Source: an uncultured Flavobacteriaceae bacterium (GTDB taxonomy: Bacteria; Bacteroidota; Bacteroidia; Flavobacteriales; Flavobacteriaceae). From it: 64,000 nucleotides of DNA. The position numbers and the translations under genes are program-made. Of the stretch, positions 45,167-56,400 are shown piece by piece (the stretch's first letter is position 1; each line of letters opens with the position of its first letter). The notes beneath the pieces were generated by a model. That model did not search any database and had not been told where the DNA came from. It saw only the letters and a program-made list of their open reading frames with translations. The DNA is taken from assembly GCA_963845155.1 (NCBI GenBank), contig CAWJRB010000011.1, positions 40,234-104,233 of the forward strand, read 5' to 3'.

Positions 45167-46201
45167 TTATTTCAGTTCGCCTGCAGCTTTCATAATGAGA
45201 CGACGCGTCGCTTCGATTCCTTCAATCTCAGTCATGCTATCCCCCTCAAATTCTACACCGATATACCCGGTATAGCCATTGTCTTTCACCACCTTCATCA
45301 TTTTATAATAATCGATGAGGGGCTGGTTGCCCTCGTCATCAAAGTCATAGGTTTTTGCACTTACACCCTTGGCATAGGGCAATAATTCCGCTACACCCTG
45401 GTAAATATCGTAAATGTCTTCGCATTCCTCGGCGTTGATCGATCCGTAGCTCACATTGATGCAAAAGTTTCCGAAATCTGGAAGGGTTCCGCAATTGGGC
45501 AAATTGACTTGCTTCATTACGTTGGAGAGCCATTTGCCGCTTGAGGTGTATCCTCCGTGATTCTCAACAATCACATTGATCCCTTTGTCAGCTGCATAAC
45601 CCGCCAGGGCTGAAAGACCTTTGACGGCAGCTGCTGCAACCTCTTCTTCAGTACCTTCTCCATGTGCGTTTACACGAATTGAATGACAACCTAGAAAAGC
45701 AGCCGCATCAACCCATTTCTTATGATTCTCGACCGACTGGTTGCGCTCTGCATCATCGAGCTCAGCCAGATGACCTTCTCCATCCACCATAATTAGGACA
45801 TTGTCCACCTGATAATGCGCACTTCGATCCTTGAGGATTAACAAGAGTTCTTGCATGGCCTTTTCAGCATTGTCGCCCTTCTTTAAATACTCCGTGTACA
45901 AAGCACTCACGTATTCAATACCTGAAAAGCCCAGCTCATTCGCTTTTTGCGCAAAATCAACCGGGTCCAATTCACCTGACTGAATCATCTTGTGCAGTGA
46001 CCACTGCGCAAGAGATAATTTAAACCAGGACTCCTCTCCCTCATTTTCACTGGTATTTCGTTGGGAGGCAGCAGAAGACTCCGAATCGGGTCCAGCAGCA
46101 CTCGAGGATGAATCTTTGCCTTTGTTACAACCGATAAATAATGATAAAACCAAAAATGCAGCCAGTAGCTGCACAACTCCAAAGGAACGTGTAGAAATCA
46201 T
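45167..46201 (-). CDS. Sugar-phosphate isomerase/epimerase (xylose-isomerase-like TIM barrel) lipoprotein
   Basis: SLAQWSLH, VENHGG, LPDFGNF, SAK, GVEFEG metal motifs; FIGC lipobox. Confidence 0.85.
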   Translation of the reverse strand: MISTRSFGVVQLLAAFLVLSLFIGCNKGKDSSSSAAGPDSESSAASQRNTSENEGEESWFKLSLAQWSLHKMIQSGELDPVDFAQKANELGFSGIEYVSALYTEYLKKGDNAEKAMQELLLILKDRSAHYQVDNVLIMVDGEGHLAELDDAERNQSVENHKKWVDAAAFLGCHSIRVNAHGEGTEEEVAAAAVKGLSALAGYAADKGINVIVENHGGYTSSGKWLSNVMKQVNLPNCGTLPDFGNFCINVSYGSINAEECEDIYDIYQGVAELLPYAKGVSAKTYDFDDEGNQPLIDYYKMMKVVKDNGYTGYIGVEFEGDSMTEIEGIEATRRLIMKAAGELK

Positions 46202-46317
46202 ACAGTAAAATTTTATGGACCCTAATCCTCTGTGAAAGTAACAGATATAGACGAGTCTTCTGTGTATTTTTATTCAGTGAAAGAAATTATACACGAGATG
46301 AATCAGCAAGCACAGTT

Positions 46318-47346
46318 TCACTCAGCAAGTACAGTTTGAAGTACCCGGCTTCGGTATTCCACCGGAGTACATTTCTCCTGCTTCTTAAAAACTGTGGAAA
46401 AATACTGGCTCGTTGCGAATCCACAGCTGTAGGCCACTTCGGCCACACTCAAATGCGGGCTTTCGATAAGTAGGGTTTTGGCCAGCTCAAGGCGCTTCAT
46501 GCCCAGATAACGCATAGGGGTCGTGTTGGTGAGTTGCCTGCAATGGTAGGTAAATCGGGTGAGGCCCACACCCGCAGACTCAGCCATTTTTTCAATGGTC
46601 CAGGATTCCGACAGCTTTTTTTCAAGTTCGTTCAAAAAGAGCTTCACGCTTCTTGAACTGTCTGTCAAAGCTTCGTTGAATACCATATTCTTGGAATCCA
46701 TGACCTCCAGAACCAGTAAAAGCAATTCATTGATCAACAAACGAAGCTTTGAGGAATGACTGCCGTTCTTATCTTCTTCAACGACCTGTCCTATCTTGGC
46801 AAAACATTCACGGATCTTGGCATTGCCTTTCCAGAGCCATTGATCATTCTGGCGCAGAATCTTAGTCAGTCGACTAAGGTCGCTTTCGGTAAGCATGATC
46901 CATTCAGGCCATACCCATTCCTGGTGTGGTCGTCTTATGCCAAGGTCTATGATTACCCAGTAGAACTTACCCATTCCAATGTTGGGCTGCCCTACCTTAT
47001 GCGCTTCCCAGGGTCGCGTAATCGTCAGGTGATTAGGCTCCAATTCTATGCTCTGATTCTCTTGAGAATAAGGCATAGAGCCCGATTCTAGAAAATGCAG
47101 TTCAATTCCTTCATTGCGGTGCCAGTCGAGTCCCCAATCCTGTGGTTCCTTGGCGTCCCAATAACCAACGGAGCTCAGCCCAATTGTATCCTCAGACAAC
47201 CGATCTCCCGGATAGGTATATCGAGCCAGCGCCTTGAATTTTACTTTTCCGCGTTCAACTGCATCGACCAGTGGAAGGCAGGTGTCTGCATGATATACGA
47301 CACCTCCTTCTACATAGGGTTCAATGTTATGTGTATTTGCTTTCAC
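46318..47346 (-). CDS. AraC-family transcriptional regulator
   Basis: Cupin-like WHRNEGIE..H sensor region; C-terminal double HTH (VAYSCGF..SQYFSTVFKK..TP.EYR). Confidence 0.9.
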   Translation of the reverse strand: MKANTHNIEPYVEGGVVYHADTCLPLVDAVERGKVKFKALARYTYPGDRLSEDTIGLSSVGYWDAKEPQDWGLDWHRNEGIELHFLESGSMPYSQENQSIELEPNHLTITRPWEAHKVGQPNIGMGKFYWVIIDLGIRRPHQEWVWPEWIMLTESDLSRLTKILRQNDQWLWKGNAKIRECFAKIGQVVEEDKNGSHSSKLRLLINELLLLVLEVMDSKNMVFNEALTDSSRSVKLFLNELEKKLSESWTIEKMAESAGVGLTRFTYHCRQLTNTTPMRYLGMKRLELAKTLLIESPHLSVAEVAYSCGFATSQYFSTVFKKQEKCTPVEYRSRVLQTVLAE

Positions 47347-47524
47347 TGAAATATTTTGAACATTTTTGACTCACAAAGTAATAACTTTGATCTGATTTTC
47401 ACAAAATTTTAAGAACCATTTCTATAGACATTGTTAATAGAATTGTTTAAAAGATTACGAAAACGTTAGAGTGAGAGAGGTGCTTGTGTGTACTTTTATC
47501 TCTGATTTCCATTGAAAATATGCG

Positions 47525-48344
47525 ATGAAAGAGCAACTGTTTTGGATATTTAGCATCCTAATAGTAATTTCCATTACGGATTGCAGAAAAAAGGATGTCA
47601 AAACTGAGGAATCGCAAATGCAAGCTGAGGTCTGGAAACCTTTATTTAACGGCAAGGATCTCACCAATTGGAAAGTAAAAATAAAAGGGTATCCCCTCGG
47701 GGAAAATTTTGGTAATACATTTCGGGTTGAAGATGGCAAAATCATCGTGGACTACAGTGCCTATGATGAATTTGATAACAGATTTGGCCATTTGTTCTAT
47801 GACATACCGCATTCGAGCTACAGGTTCAAAATGAAATACCGATTTGTCGGAACACAGGCAAAAGGTGGCGAAACTTGGGCGGCCAAGAACAGCGGGGTGA
47901 TGATTCACTCCCAGTCCGCAGAAAGCATGGGAGTCAATCAGGATTTTCCTGTTTCGATCGAGGCTGCAACTTCTGGGAGGTTTAAATGAAGGAGAATCGA
48001 GACCCACTGCGAACCTCTGCACGCCAGGCACTCACGTGATGATCAATGATACTTTGGTCACAGAGCACTGTGTCAATTCGGATTCAAAGACCTTTTACGG
48101 AAATGAATGGATCGACCTCGAATTGTTAGTGTATGGGGATTCTCTCCTGGTGCATTATGTGAATGGCGAAGAAGTCCTCAGGTATTCGAAGCCCATTATT
48201 GGCGGGGAATACAACGAGTTTGGGCAAAAGGAAGGAAGTCCTTTGAGTTTTGGGCATATTGCTCTCCAAAGTGAGAGCCACCCTATCGAGTTCAAAGAGA
48301 TAGAATTGATGAATCTGGACCGAGAAAATAATAAAGGTCTATGA
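47525..48344 (+). CDS. DUF1080 family protein, frameshifted near 47965
   Basis: LFNGKDLTNW, NSGVMIHSQ, FPVSIE, then (shifted) QLLGG..RPTANLCTPGT and GHIALQSESHPIEF. Confidence 0.85.
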
Positions 48345-48402
48345 CGAATGTCATATTAATAACAGAAAATATGTCATTCATTGCAGGATTTATGTCATTA
48401 GT
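48341..48402 (+). promoter_or_regulatory. Direct repeats upstream of susC-2 (AraC-type spacing)
   Basis: CAGAAAATATGTCATT and CAGGATTTATGTCATT 21 bp apart, plus a third ATGTCAT at 48348. Confidence 0.5.
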
Positions 48403-48553
48403 ATAATTTTTTAAGAAGACACCGATCAAAGAATTAATATTATACACTGAATTAGAACACCTAATTACGAAAACGATTGAGAATAAACTTTTTTGAGGTT
48501 TTTTAGAAAAACCTCACCGCTTACAATCAATTTATTAATTAATAATTATAATT

Positions 48554-51500
48554 ATGGGAAAACAATTAATGAAAAGTTTAATCATTCTGGGGATTTTCTT
48601 CGTGTGTGGCTTTACTCAAGCACAGAAGACGATCACAGGAACGGTTTCCGATGCGGAAGGGCCACTGCCCGGTGCTGCGGTCGTCGTTCAGGGCACCGAT
48701 GATGGTGTCACTACTGATTTCGATGGTAATTATACCATCGACGCCAGTGAAGGGGATGTACTGGAATTCACCTTTATTGGGATGACTACGGCGACCGCCA
48801 CTGTCGGCGCTGACGACGTGATCAACATGACACTGGCGTCAAGCGAAAACAGACTCGAAGAAGTTGTGGTAGTCGGTTATTCTGCTCAAACAAGAGGAGA
48901 CATTACCGGTTCGGTCGCATCTGTAGATATGGCTGAGGCATTGAAACAGCCTGTAGCGAACGCCGCAGAAGTTCTTCAAGGTCGTGTATCGGGTGTTACC
49001 GTGCTTAGCAACGGTGCCCCGGGTGCTGCTCCACAGATCACAATTCGTGGTTTGGGATCGTCGAACAACACGAACCCTTTATACATTATAGATGGTGTTC
49101 AAACGGATGATCCGAACATTTTGAACAGTATCGACCCTTCAGACATCACGCAGATGAACGTTTTGAAGGATGGTGCTGCAGCTATCTACGGAGCTAGAGC
49201 CTCGAATGGTGTTATTATCGTGACTACTAGAAGCGGTGGTTATTCAGGAAAAGCAACTCTAAATGTTGACGCTTGGACGGGTATGTCGCAGGTGGCTAAC
49301 TCTTTCGACTTGATGGGTACGCAACAACACGGTCAAATGATCTTCGACAGTAGAAGAAATGACGGTTCAGACGTTCAGCATCCACAATATGGCTCAGGCG
49401 CTTCTCCTTCTATCCCTGAGCAGCTACTTAGTGTTCCGGTTTCTGCCACAGTAAAACAACCAAATGGTACAGATTGGCAAAACGCGATCACTGAAACAGC
49501 TCCTACATCAAGCATAACCGTATCTGCTTCGAATGGTAACGAAAACGGGCAGTATTTCATGTCAGTGGGTTATTTCAACAGAGACGGTGTTTTGAAATAC
49601 ACAGGTTTCGAAAGGGTCACGACTCGATTGAACTCTGAATTCAAAGTAATCGACGGGAAAGTTCGCGTTGGTGAACACTTGAATGTCGCTTTTTCTGATG
49701 GAAATTCTGGTAACGGCGAGGCTTATGAAAATTCATTCAGAAGTTCTCCATTGATTCCTACGTTTGATGACGATGGTAATTTGGCCGGTACATACAATGG
49801 TGCCGCCGGATTAGGTAACGCTCGAAGTCCACTGGCTCAGCTTTACCGAGGTAGAGATGACTTCAACAAGTCTTTGAGGGTGTTTGGTGACATTTATCTG
49901 GAATGGGATATCTGGGACAAACTCAAGTTCAAAACAACTTATGGTGTTAGCTTGAACAATTTTGACAGAAGAACTTTCCAAGCTTTGGATCCAGAGCACT
50001 CTGAGCCCTTAGCAGTTAACACTTTAAACGTAGAGGACCAATACTCAAGCGAGTGGAACTGGTCAAACGTCTTGAGTTATGACAATACTTTTGGAGATCA
50101 CAGTATCAACGCAATCCTGGGTATTGAAGCCGTAAAAGGTCAAGGACAGGGTAAAGGTATTACACGAACTGATTATCTTTTTGAAGATCCCGATTTCTAT
50201 AACTTGAGTACTGGTGCCGGGGCTCCTATCGTGAGCTACACATATCAAAATGAATTTTCATTGTTCTCTTACTTCTTGTCAGCCAACTACAACTACAAGA
50301 ACAAGTATTTCCTTACTGCTACGTTTCGTAATGACTCGTCGTCTCGATTTGAAGGAGACAACAAATCTGACTTCTTCCCATCTGTTAGTGCAGGTTGGTT
50401 GATGAGTTCGGAAGACTGGTTCAATAGTGACGGAGCTGTGAGTCGTTTGAAATTGAAAGCTTCTTGGGGACAACTGGGTAACCAGACGTTGCCTGCTGAC
50501 AACCCGACAATAAATATTTCTAGTTTGAGCGAGGAATTTGCTAACTATGCTTTGGGTGGCAGTATTAACACGGGTGCCAAACTAAACCAGGTTGGTAACC
50601 CGAACCTGAAATGGGAAACTTCAGAGACGATCAACTTCGGTATTGAAGCCGGATTCTTGCAAGACAGATTATACGTTGATGTGGAATTCTACCAAATCAA
50701 GACGAAAGATCTTGTAACGCGAGACAATTCCTTGATCAGTACGACTGCGATTGACGCACAGGCTCCGCTTGTAAACCTCGGAGACGTGAAGAATACAGGT
50801 GTGGATCTCAACCTTGGTTGGAGAGACGAAACTGACAGCGGCTTCAATTACGCGATTGACGCAAATCTTTCTCATTACACAAACGAAGTTACCAACCTGA
50901 TCTCAGACTTCCAGTCAGGTAGTTCTGTTTTCAGAGGTGGTGCCGTAACAAGAACAGAAGTTGGAGAGCCTATCTCCTCTTTCTTTGGAAGGAATGTGAT
51001 TGGACTGGATGATACGGGTCGTTTCCTTTACGAAGACGTTGATGGAAACGGTGTAATTGATGACAATGACAGAAAGTATATCGGATCACCCCATCCTGAC
51101 TTTACTTATGGTATTAATGTTGCTATGGGATATAAGAATTTTGACTTATCTTTGTTCTTCAACGGATCACAGGGTAACGATATTTATAATTATAATAAGA
51201 TTTATACCCATTTCCCGACGTTCTTTGATGGCAACAGAAGTTCTGATTTGGTGAACTCTTGGACCCCGGACAATACGAATACAAATCTTCCGGCATTGAG
51301 TGAAACCATTCAGAATGGTGAGACCAACCCAAATAGCTTCTTTGTTGAAGACGGCTCTTTCTTCAGATTGAAGAACTTGCAGCTCGGATATACTTTCAAA
51401 GAGCTTGGAGTTTTGTCGTCATTCAGAATCTACCTGCAGGGTACGAATCTGTTTACAATTACAGACTATAGCGGATTGGATCCTGAGATTAGAAGTCAGA

Positions 51501-51601
51501 TCAATAGTGATGGAACCATTGATAACCTGACTCGTGGAGTTGACTGGCAATTATACCCAATAGCGAGTATATACACTATTGGTGTTAATCTTAAATTTTA
51601 A
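48554..51601 (+). CDS. susC: SusC/RagA TonB-dependent transporter (module 2)
   Basis: LEEVVVVGY, ITIRG, PLYIIDG, LKDGAAAIYGARASNGV, NPNLKWE, DYSGLDPE, terminal F. Confidence 0.95.
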   Translation: MGKQLMKSLIILGIFFVCGFTQAQKTITGTVSDAEGPLPGAAVVVQGTDDGVTTDFDGNYTIDASEGDVLEFTFIGMTTATATVGADDVINMTLASSENRLEEVVVVGYSAQTRGDITGSVASVDMAEALKQPVANAAEVLQGRVSGVTVLSNGAPGAAPQITIRGLGSSNNTNPLYIIDGVQTDDPNILNSIDPSDITQMNVLKDGAAAIYGARASNGVIIVTTRSGGYSGKATLNVDAWTGMSQVANSFDLMGTQQHGQMIFDSRRNDGSDVQHPQYGSGASPSIPEQLLSVPVSATVKQPNGTDWQNAITETAPTSSITVSASNGNENGQYFMSVGYFNRDGVLKYTGFERVTTRLNSEFKVIDGKVRVGEHLNVAFSDGNSGNGEAYENSFRSSPLIPTFDDDGNLAGTYNGAAGLGNARSPLAQLYRGRDDFNKSLRVFGDIYLEWDIWDKLKFKTTYGVSLNNFDRRTFQALDPEHSEPLAVNTLNVEDQYSSEWNWSNVLSYDNTFGDHSINAILGIEAVKGQGQGKGITRTDYLFEDPDFYNLSTGAGAPIVSYTYQNEFSLFSYFLSANYNYKNKYFLTATFRNDSSSRFEGDNKSDFFPSVSAGWLMSSEDWFNSDGAVSRLKLKASWGQLGNQTLPADNPTINISSLSEEFANYALGGSINTGAKLNQVGNPNLKWETSETINFGIEAGFLQDRLYVDVEFYQIKTKDLVTRDNSLISTTAIDAQAPLVNLGDVKNTGVDLNLGWRDETDSGFNYAIDANLSHYTNEVTNLISDFQSGSSVFRGGAVTRTEVGEPISSFFGRNVIGLDDTGRFLYEDVDGNGVIDDNDRKYIGSPHPDFTYGINVAMGYKNFDLSLFFNGSQGNDIYNYNKIYTHFPTFFDGNRSSDLVNSWTPDNTNTNLPALSETIQNGETNPNSFFVEDGSFFRLKNLQLGYTFKELGVLSSFRIYLQGTNLFTITDYSGLDPEIRSQINSDGTIDNLTRGVDWQLYPIASIYTIGVNLKF

Positions 51602-51603
51602 AC

Positions 51604-53382
51604 ATGATGAAAAGTAGATTTATTTATCTTTTAATGATGCTGGTAGGTGTACTGGCGTGTAGTGAAGACTTTACCGAGTCTACCGCTTATGGAGCCTTGA
51701 GCGATGATGCCTTGGCCAATGCGGAAGGAGTGGATCTGTTACTGGTTGGTGCTTACTCTCTTTTGGATGGCCACAGTGACACAGGAAGTTCCGATTGGGA
51801 AAAGACAGCCGATGGCTGGTGGTATGATGCCATTTCAGATGATGCCCACAAAGGGTCTACCAATGGTGACCAGGCCGACCTTTTCTTGATAGAAACTTTC
51901 GACTGGAATACTACGAACCCTTATTTTGGGGGTAAATGGAGAGCCTTGTATGCATCTGTGAACAGATGTAATGCGGTATTGAGTCTCATCAACAAGATTG
52001 AAGAAGGTGACTTTACGCAACAAGAGGCAGAAGCTCGTTTTTTGAGAGCGCATTACAATTTTGAATTGCAAAAAGGATGGGGTAATGTTGCCTTCATTTC
52101 AGTTGAGAATTATGACAACACGGAATTCAATCAACCAAATTCTGGTCCTATTTGGGATCAGATCGAAGCTGATATGGAATTTGCCTTAAACAATCTTGGA
52201 GATCAAAGTGATTTAGGCCGACCTAACACTTGGACCGCCACAGCGTATCTGGGTAAAATTCATCTTTACCAAGGTGAATGGAACGAAGCTTTGACTTACC
52301 TGGAAACAGTGATCAATTTGGGTCCATACGACTTGCTGGATGAATATGTTGACAACTTCCGTCTGGCGGGTGAGACAGGTGAGGAATCTGTTTTCGCCAT
52401 TCAGTACACTGCGGATGCTGGTGTGTCCTTCAATGGAAACCGGGGTGGAACCTTGAGCTTCCCTAACGGTGGTCCAATCGGCTCATGCTGTGGGTTCTAT
52501 CAGGCTTCACAGGATTTAGTGAATGCTTATCAAACTGAAAATGGACTTCCATTGCTCGATACCTACAATCAAAATGATGTAGCTAATGACTATGGGCTCA
52601 ATTCCTTTCAGGATGGTATTGAAGATGCGAATGGAAATCCTGTCCCAACAGATTTTGAACCTGAAGATGCCCCACTTGATCCAAGGTTGGATTACGTAGT
52701 GGGTCGTCGATCACTCGATATGAATGGTTGGGGTGTCAATATTGGTAAAGACTGGATTAGAGCTTCTTTTAATGATATTTCAGGTCCTTATTTGACCAAA
52801 AAGAACTATTACCATAATGGAGAAGATGCCAACCGCGGTACAGGTGGTTGGGGAGAGCAACGATCGGGTATCAATTACCACATCATTCGATTTGCAGACG
52901 TTCTCCTCATGGGTGCTGAGGCTGCTGTGGAAACAGGAGCCCTTGACAAAGCGCTTACATGGACAAACATGGTGAGAATGCGAGCCAAGAATATGACTTA
53001 TCTCAAAGCCTTTGAATTGGTTTCTCTTCCTAATGAAGGAGGTTTCACTTCTGTTCCTGTTGAAGTGAATGGAGTACATGTTGACGCTGCCAATTACGAG
53101 ATCGAGCCCTATCCGGCATTTCCGGATGCAACTTTCGCAAGAAAAGCAGTTCGTTTCGAAAGAAGACTTGAATTGGGTGTTGAGGGTCACAGACTCTTTG
53201 ACCTCAGAAGATGGGGCAATGCCACTGAAGTAATGAATGAGTATATTCAAAACGAAGCAAGAACCATTCCTCCATTCGGTACGGCTGCGAATCCGTATAC
53301 AGCTACTTATGACCTGTTCCCAGTTCCACTTGGAGCAATCGACTTGAGTGGTGGAGTTCTAACTCAGAATCCAGGTTACTAA
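51604..53382 (+). CDS. susD: SusD/RagB lipoprotein (module 2)
   Basis: Lipobox VLAC; EARFLRA, DPRL, RFADVLLM.AEA, ERRLELGVEGHRLFDLRRWG, QNPGY. Confidence 0.93.
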   Translation: MMKSRFIYLLMMLVGVLACSEDFTESTAYGALSDDALANAEGVDLLLVGAYSLLDGHSDTGSSDWEKTADGWWYDAISDDAHKGSTNGDQADLFLIETFDWNTTNPYFGGKWRALYASVNRCNAVLSLINKIEEGDFTQQEAEARFLRAHYNFELQKGWGNVAFISVENYDNTEFNQPNSGPIWDQIEADMEFALNNLGDQSDLGRPNTWTATAYLGKIHLYQGEWNEALTYLETVINLGPYDLLDEYVDNFRLAGETGEESVFAIQYTADAGVSFNGNRGGTLSFPNGGPIGSCCGFYQASQDLVNAYQTENGLPLLDTYNQNDVANDYGLNSFQDGIEDANGNPVPTDFEPEDAPLDPRLDYVVGRRSLDMNGWGVNIGKDWIRASFNDISGPYLTKKNYYHNGEDANRGTGGWGEQRSGINYHIIRFADVLLMGAEAAVETGALDKALTWTNMVRMRAKNMTYLKAFELVSLPNEGGFTSVPVEVNGVHVDAANYEIEPYPAFPDATFARKAVRFERRLELGVEGHRLFDLRRWGNATEVMNEYIQNEARTIPPFGTAANPYTATYDLFPVPLGAIDLSGGVLTQNPGY

Positions 53383-53410
53383 TCTGAATTCGTTTTAAGA
53401 ATTTTAACAT

Positions 53411-53442
53411 AAAAAAAGAGCATTTTCGAATGCTCTTTTTTT
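53411..53442 (+). terminator. Terminator after susD-2
   Basis: AAAAAAAGAGCATT-ttcg-AATGCTCTTTTTTT. Confidence 0.88.
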
Positions 53443-53489
53443 ATGCCATTAACTCAAATTACTACCTTTAGCCACAAATTTTTTTTCGA

Positions 53490-56400
53490 ATGAAGACCAG
53501 AGAATTGATCCTGTTACTTGCAGTCTTTTTAATACTGTTCTCGTGCCAAAAAAAGAATGAGAACGATGCGACTTCAAAGTCCGCTAGAATTTTTGATCCC
53601 ATAGGTTTCGAGGCTTCTGGCATTGTTTTTTCAAACAATCTTTCAGAGAATGATTCACTCAATTATATGACCTATGCCTATATGTACATGGGCGGAGGAG
53701 TTTCTGCAGGTGACATCAACAATGACGGACTCGTCGATCTGTATTTTACCGGGAACATGGTTCCAAACAAACTTTACCTGAACCAGGGAGGTCTGAAATT
53801 TGAGGATATTTCAATATCAGCAGGAGTTGAAGGGGATGATCGTTGGTTTACCGGTGTTACCATGGCGGATGTCAATGGGGACGGACATCTTGATATTTAT
53901 TGCTCGGTCGGAGGTAAGTTCAACAAGAAAGAAAACCTGCTCTTTATCAATAACGGCGACCTAACTTTCTCAGAAAAAGCACAGGAATATGGGGTGGCAG
54001 ACATAGGCAACAGCGTTCAATCCACTTTCTTCGACTACGATCGCGACGGGGACCTCGACCTCTATGTAGGGAACTATCCTCCAACCAACTTTAGTGCGCC
54101 CAATACCTTCTACGGTTTTAAAATGGCCAATACCAGCGACGTCGAAACCGATAACCTGTATCGAAATGACGGGAATTCTTTCACCAAAGTCACCAACCAA
54201 GCAGGCCTGCGTTCTTTCGGCTTGACAAACAGTGTAACGGTAGGAGATCTGAATTCGGATGGCTGGCCCGATCTTTACGTCTCCAACGATTTCAAGGTCC
54301 CTGATTACCTCTGGATCAATAACCAGGATGGCACCTTCAGCGAACATGGACGAGAACTTACGGATCAGTTCGCCCTTTATGGGATGGGGGTAGATATTGC
54401 TGATATCAACAATGACAGGCTCCTCGACATCATCCAGATGGACATGACGCCCGGAGACAATAGAAGGTCAAAAGCAAATATGGCTGGCATGAACCCTGAT
54501 CTCTTTTGGGGAACTGTGAATGCGGGATTCCATTATCAATACATGCATAACCAGTTGCAACTCAACAACGGAAACTTGCAGGATTCTTTACCTGTATTCA
54601 GCAATATTGCTCGCTTAGGAGGCGTTGCAACCACCGACTGGAGCTGGGGACCTCTGATTGCCGATCTCGACAATGACGGGTGGAAGGACATATTCATTTC
54701 AAATGGCACAAGAAGAGAAATCAACAACAAGGATTACTTCAACGAATTGGCTAAACAGCGCCTGACTAAAGATGTGCTGCTGGAGAAGAGCCTGGGGATT
54801 CCCGAAGAGAAAATTGACAATTTCGTTTTTAGAAACAACGGGGACCTCACCTTTGAACGAATGAATGAGAAATGGGGTCTTACTTTTGAAGGATGGTCAA
54901 ACGGCTGTCTATACGCTGATCTCGACAACGATGGTGACCTTGAGATCGTGATCAACAATATCGATGACAAAGCTTCCCTTTTCGAGAACCACAGTTCGGA
55001 AAACAACAATTACCTGACTTTGTCTTTTGAAGGGACCGAGAAGAACAAAAATGGTCTGGGAGTGAAAGTTCTCGTCAGGGCCAATGGCCTGGAACAGTTC
55101 CAGGAAATGACGCTTACTCGGGGCTTTCAGTCTTCGGTAGACCCAAGACTGCATTTCGGACTTGGAACCGCAGACAAAATCGAGGAGCTCGCTGTGACCT
55201 GGCCAGACGGCAAGGTTCAAACACTCAACAATTTAAAAGCCAATCAGTTCCTGACTTTGAATTATACGGATGCGACGGAGTCGAGTCAAGAGACCCAAAC
55301 CGGCGAAAAATTATTTCTGACGGTCAACGATCCCGACATCGTCCCAAGACACAAACACGCGGAAAATATTTATGACGATTTTAAGGATCAGGTTTTGCTG
55401 CCGCACAGAACTTCCAGTTTTGGTCCGGGCCTTTCCGTGGGGGATCTCAACGGGGACGGTCTGGAAGACTTTGTTGTAGGCGGGGCGAAAAACAACCAGA
55501 CAGGAGTATTCTTCCAACAAGAACAAGGCTTTGAAAAGCAGGATATTACAGACATTGCTTTTGACAGCGACTTTGAAGACCTGGGCAGCCTGATCTTCGA
55601 CGCTGATGGAGATGGAGACAACGATTTATACATGGTTAGCGGGGGAAGTGAAGTCCCTGCAGGATCGGAACAGCTGCAGGATCGTCTTTACGTCAATGAC
55701 GGCAGGGGCAATTTCAAACGCTCTGTCTCTGCACTACCACAAATGCTGACCAGTGGATCGCGAGTCAAAGCTTTCGATTACGACAAAGATGGTGACCTGG
55801 ATCTATTTGTCGGTGGGCGTTTGACCCCGAAGGATTACCCTTTGCCTACTGATAGTTATATCCTGGAAAATGTCAGTGAAGCAGGAAAACCCGCCTTTAA
55901 AAATGTAACCGATGAAATCGCCCCCGCCCTTTCCCAGATAGGAATGGTCACCGATGCTTCCTGGACTGACTACGACCAGGATGGTTGGGTAGATCTTATC
56001 GTAGTGGGTGAATGGATGCCCATCACCGTACTGAGAAACAACCGCGGCAGCTTTGAAGACATCACCAAAAAGCTCAATCTCGACGCCTCCAACGGCTGGT
56101 GGTTCTCAGTTGCTGAAGGTGATTTTGACAACGACGGAGACCCTGATTTTGTTCTGGGCAACCTGGGCTTGAATTATAAATACCAGGCCAGCGAAGAAGA
56201 AACCTTTGATATCTATCTGAACGACTTCGACAAGAATCAAAAGAACGACATCGTACTGAGCTATTACGACGAAGGCGAGAAATTTCCGGTACGAGGAAGA
56301 CAATGCTCCTCAGAACAGATTCCGGCCATTAAGAAAAAGTTCAAAGACTACGACGCTTTTGCCGTGGCAACTCTTGAAGACGTGTATACCAAAAAAGACC

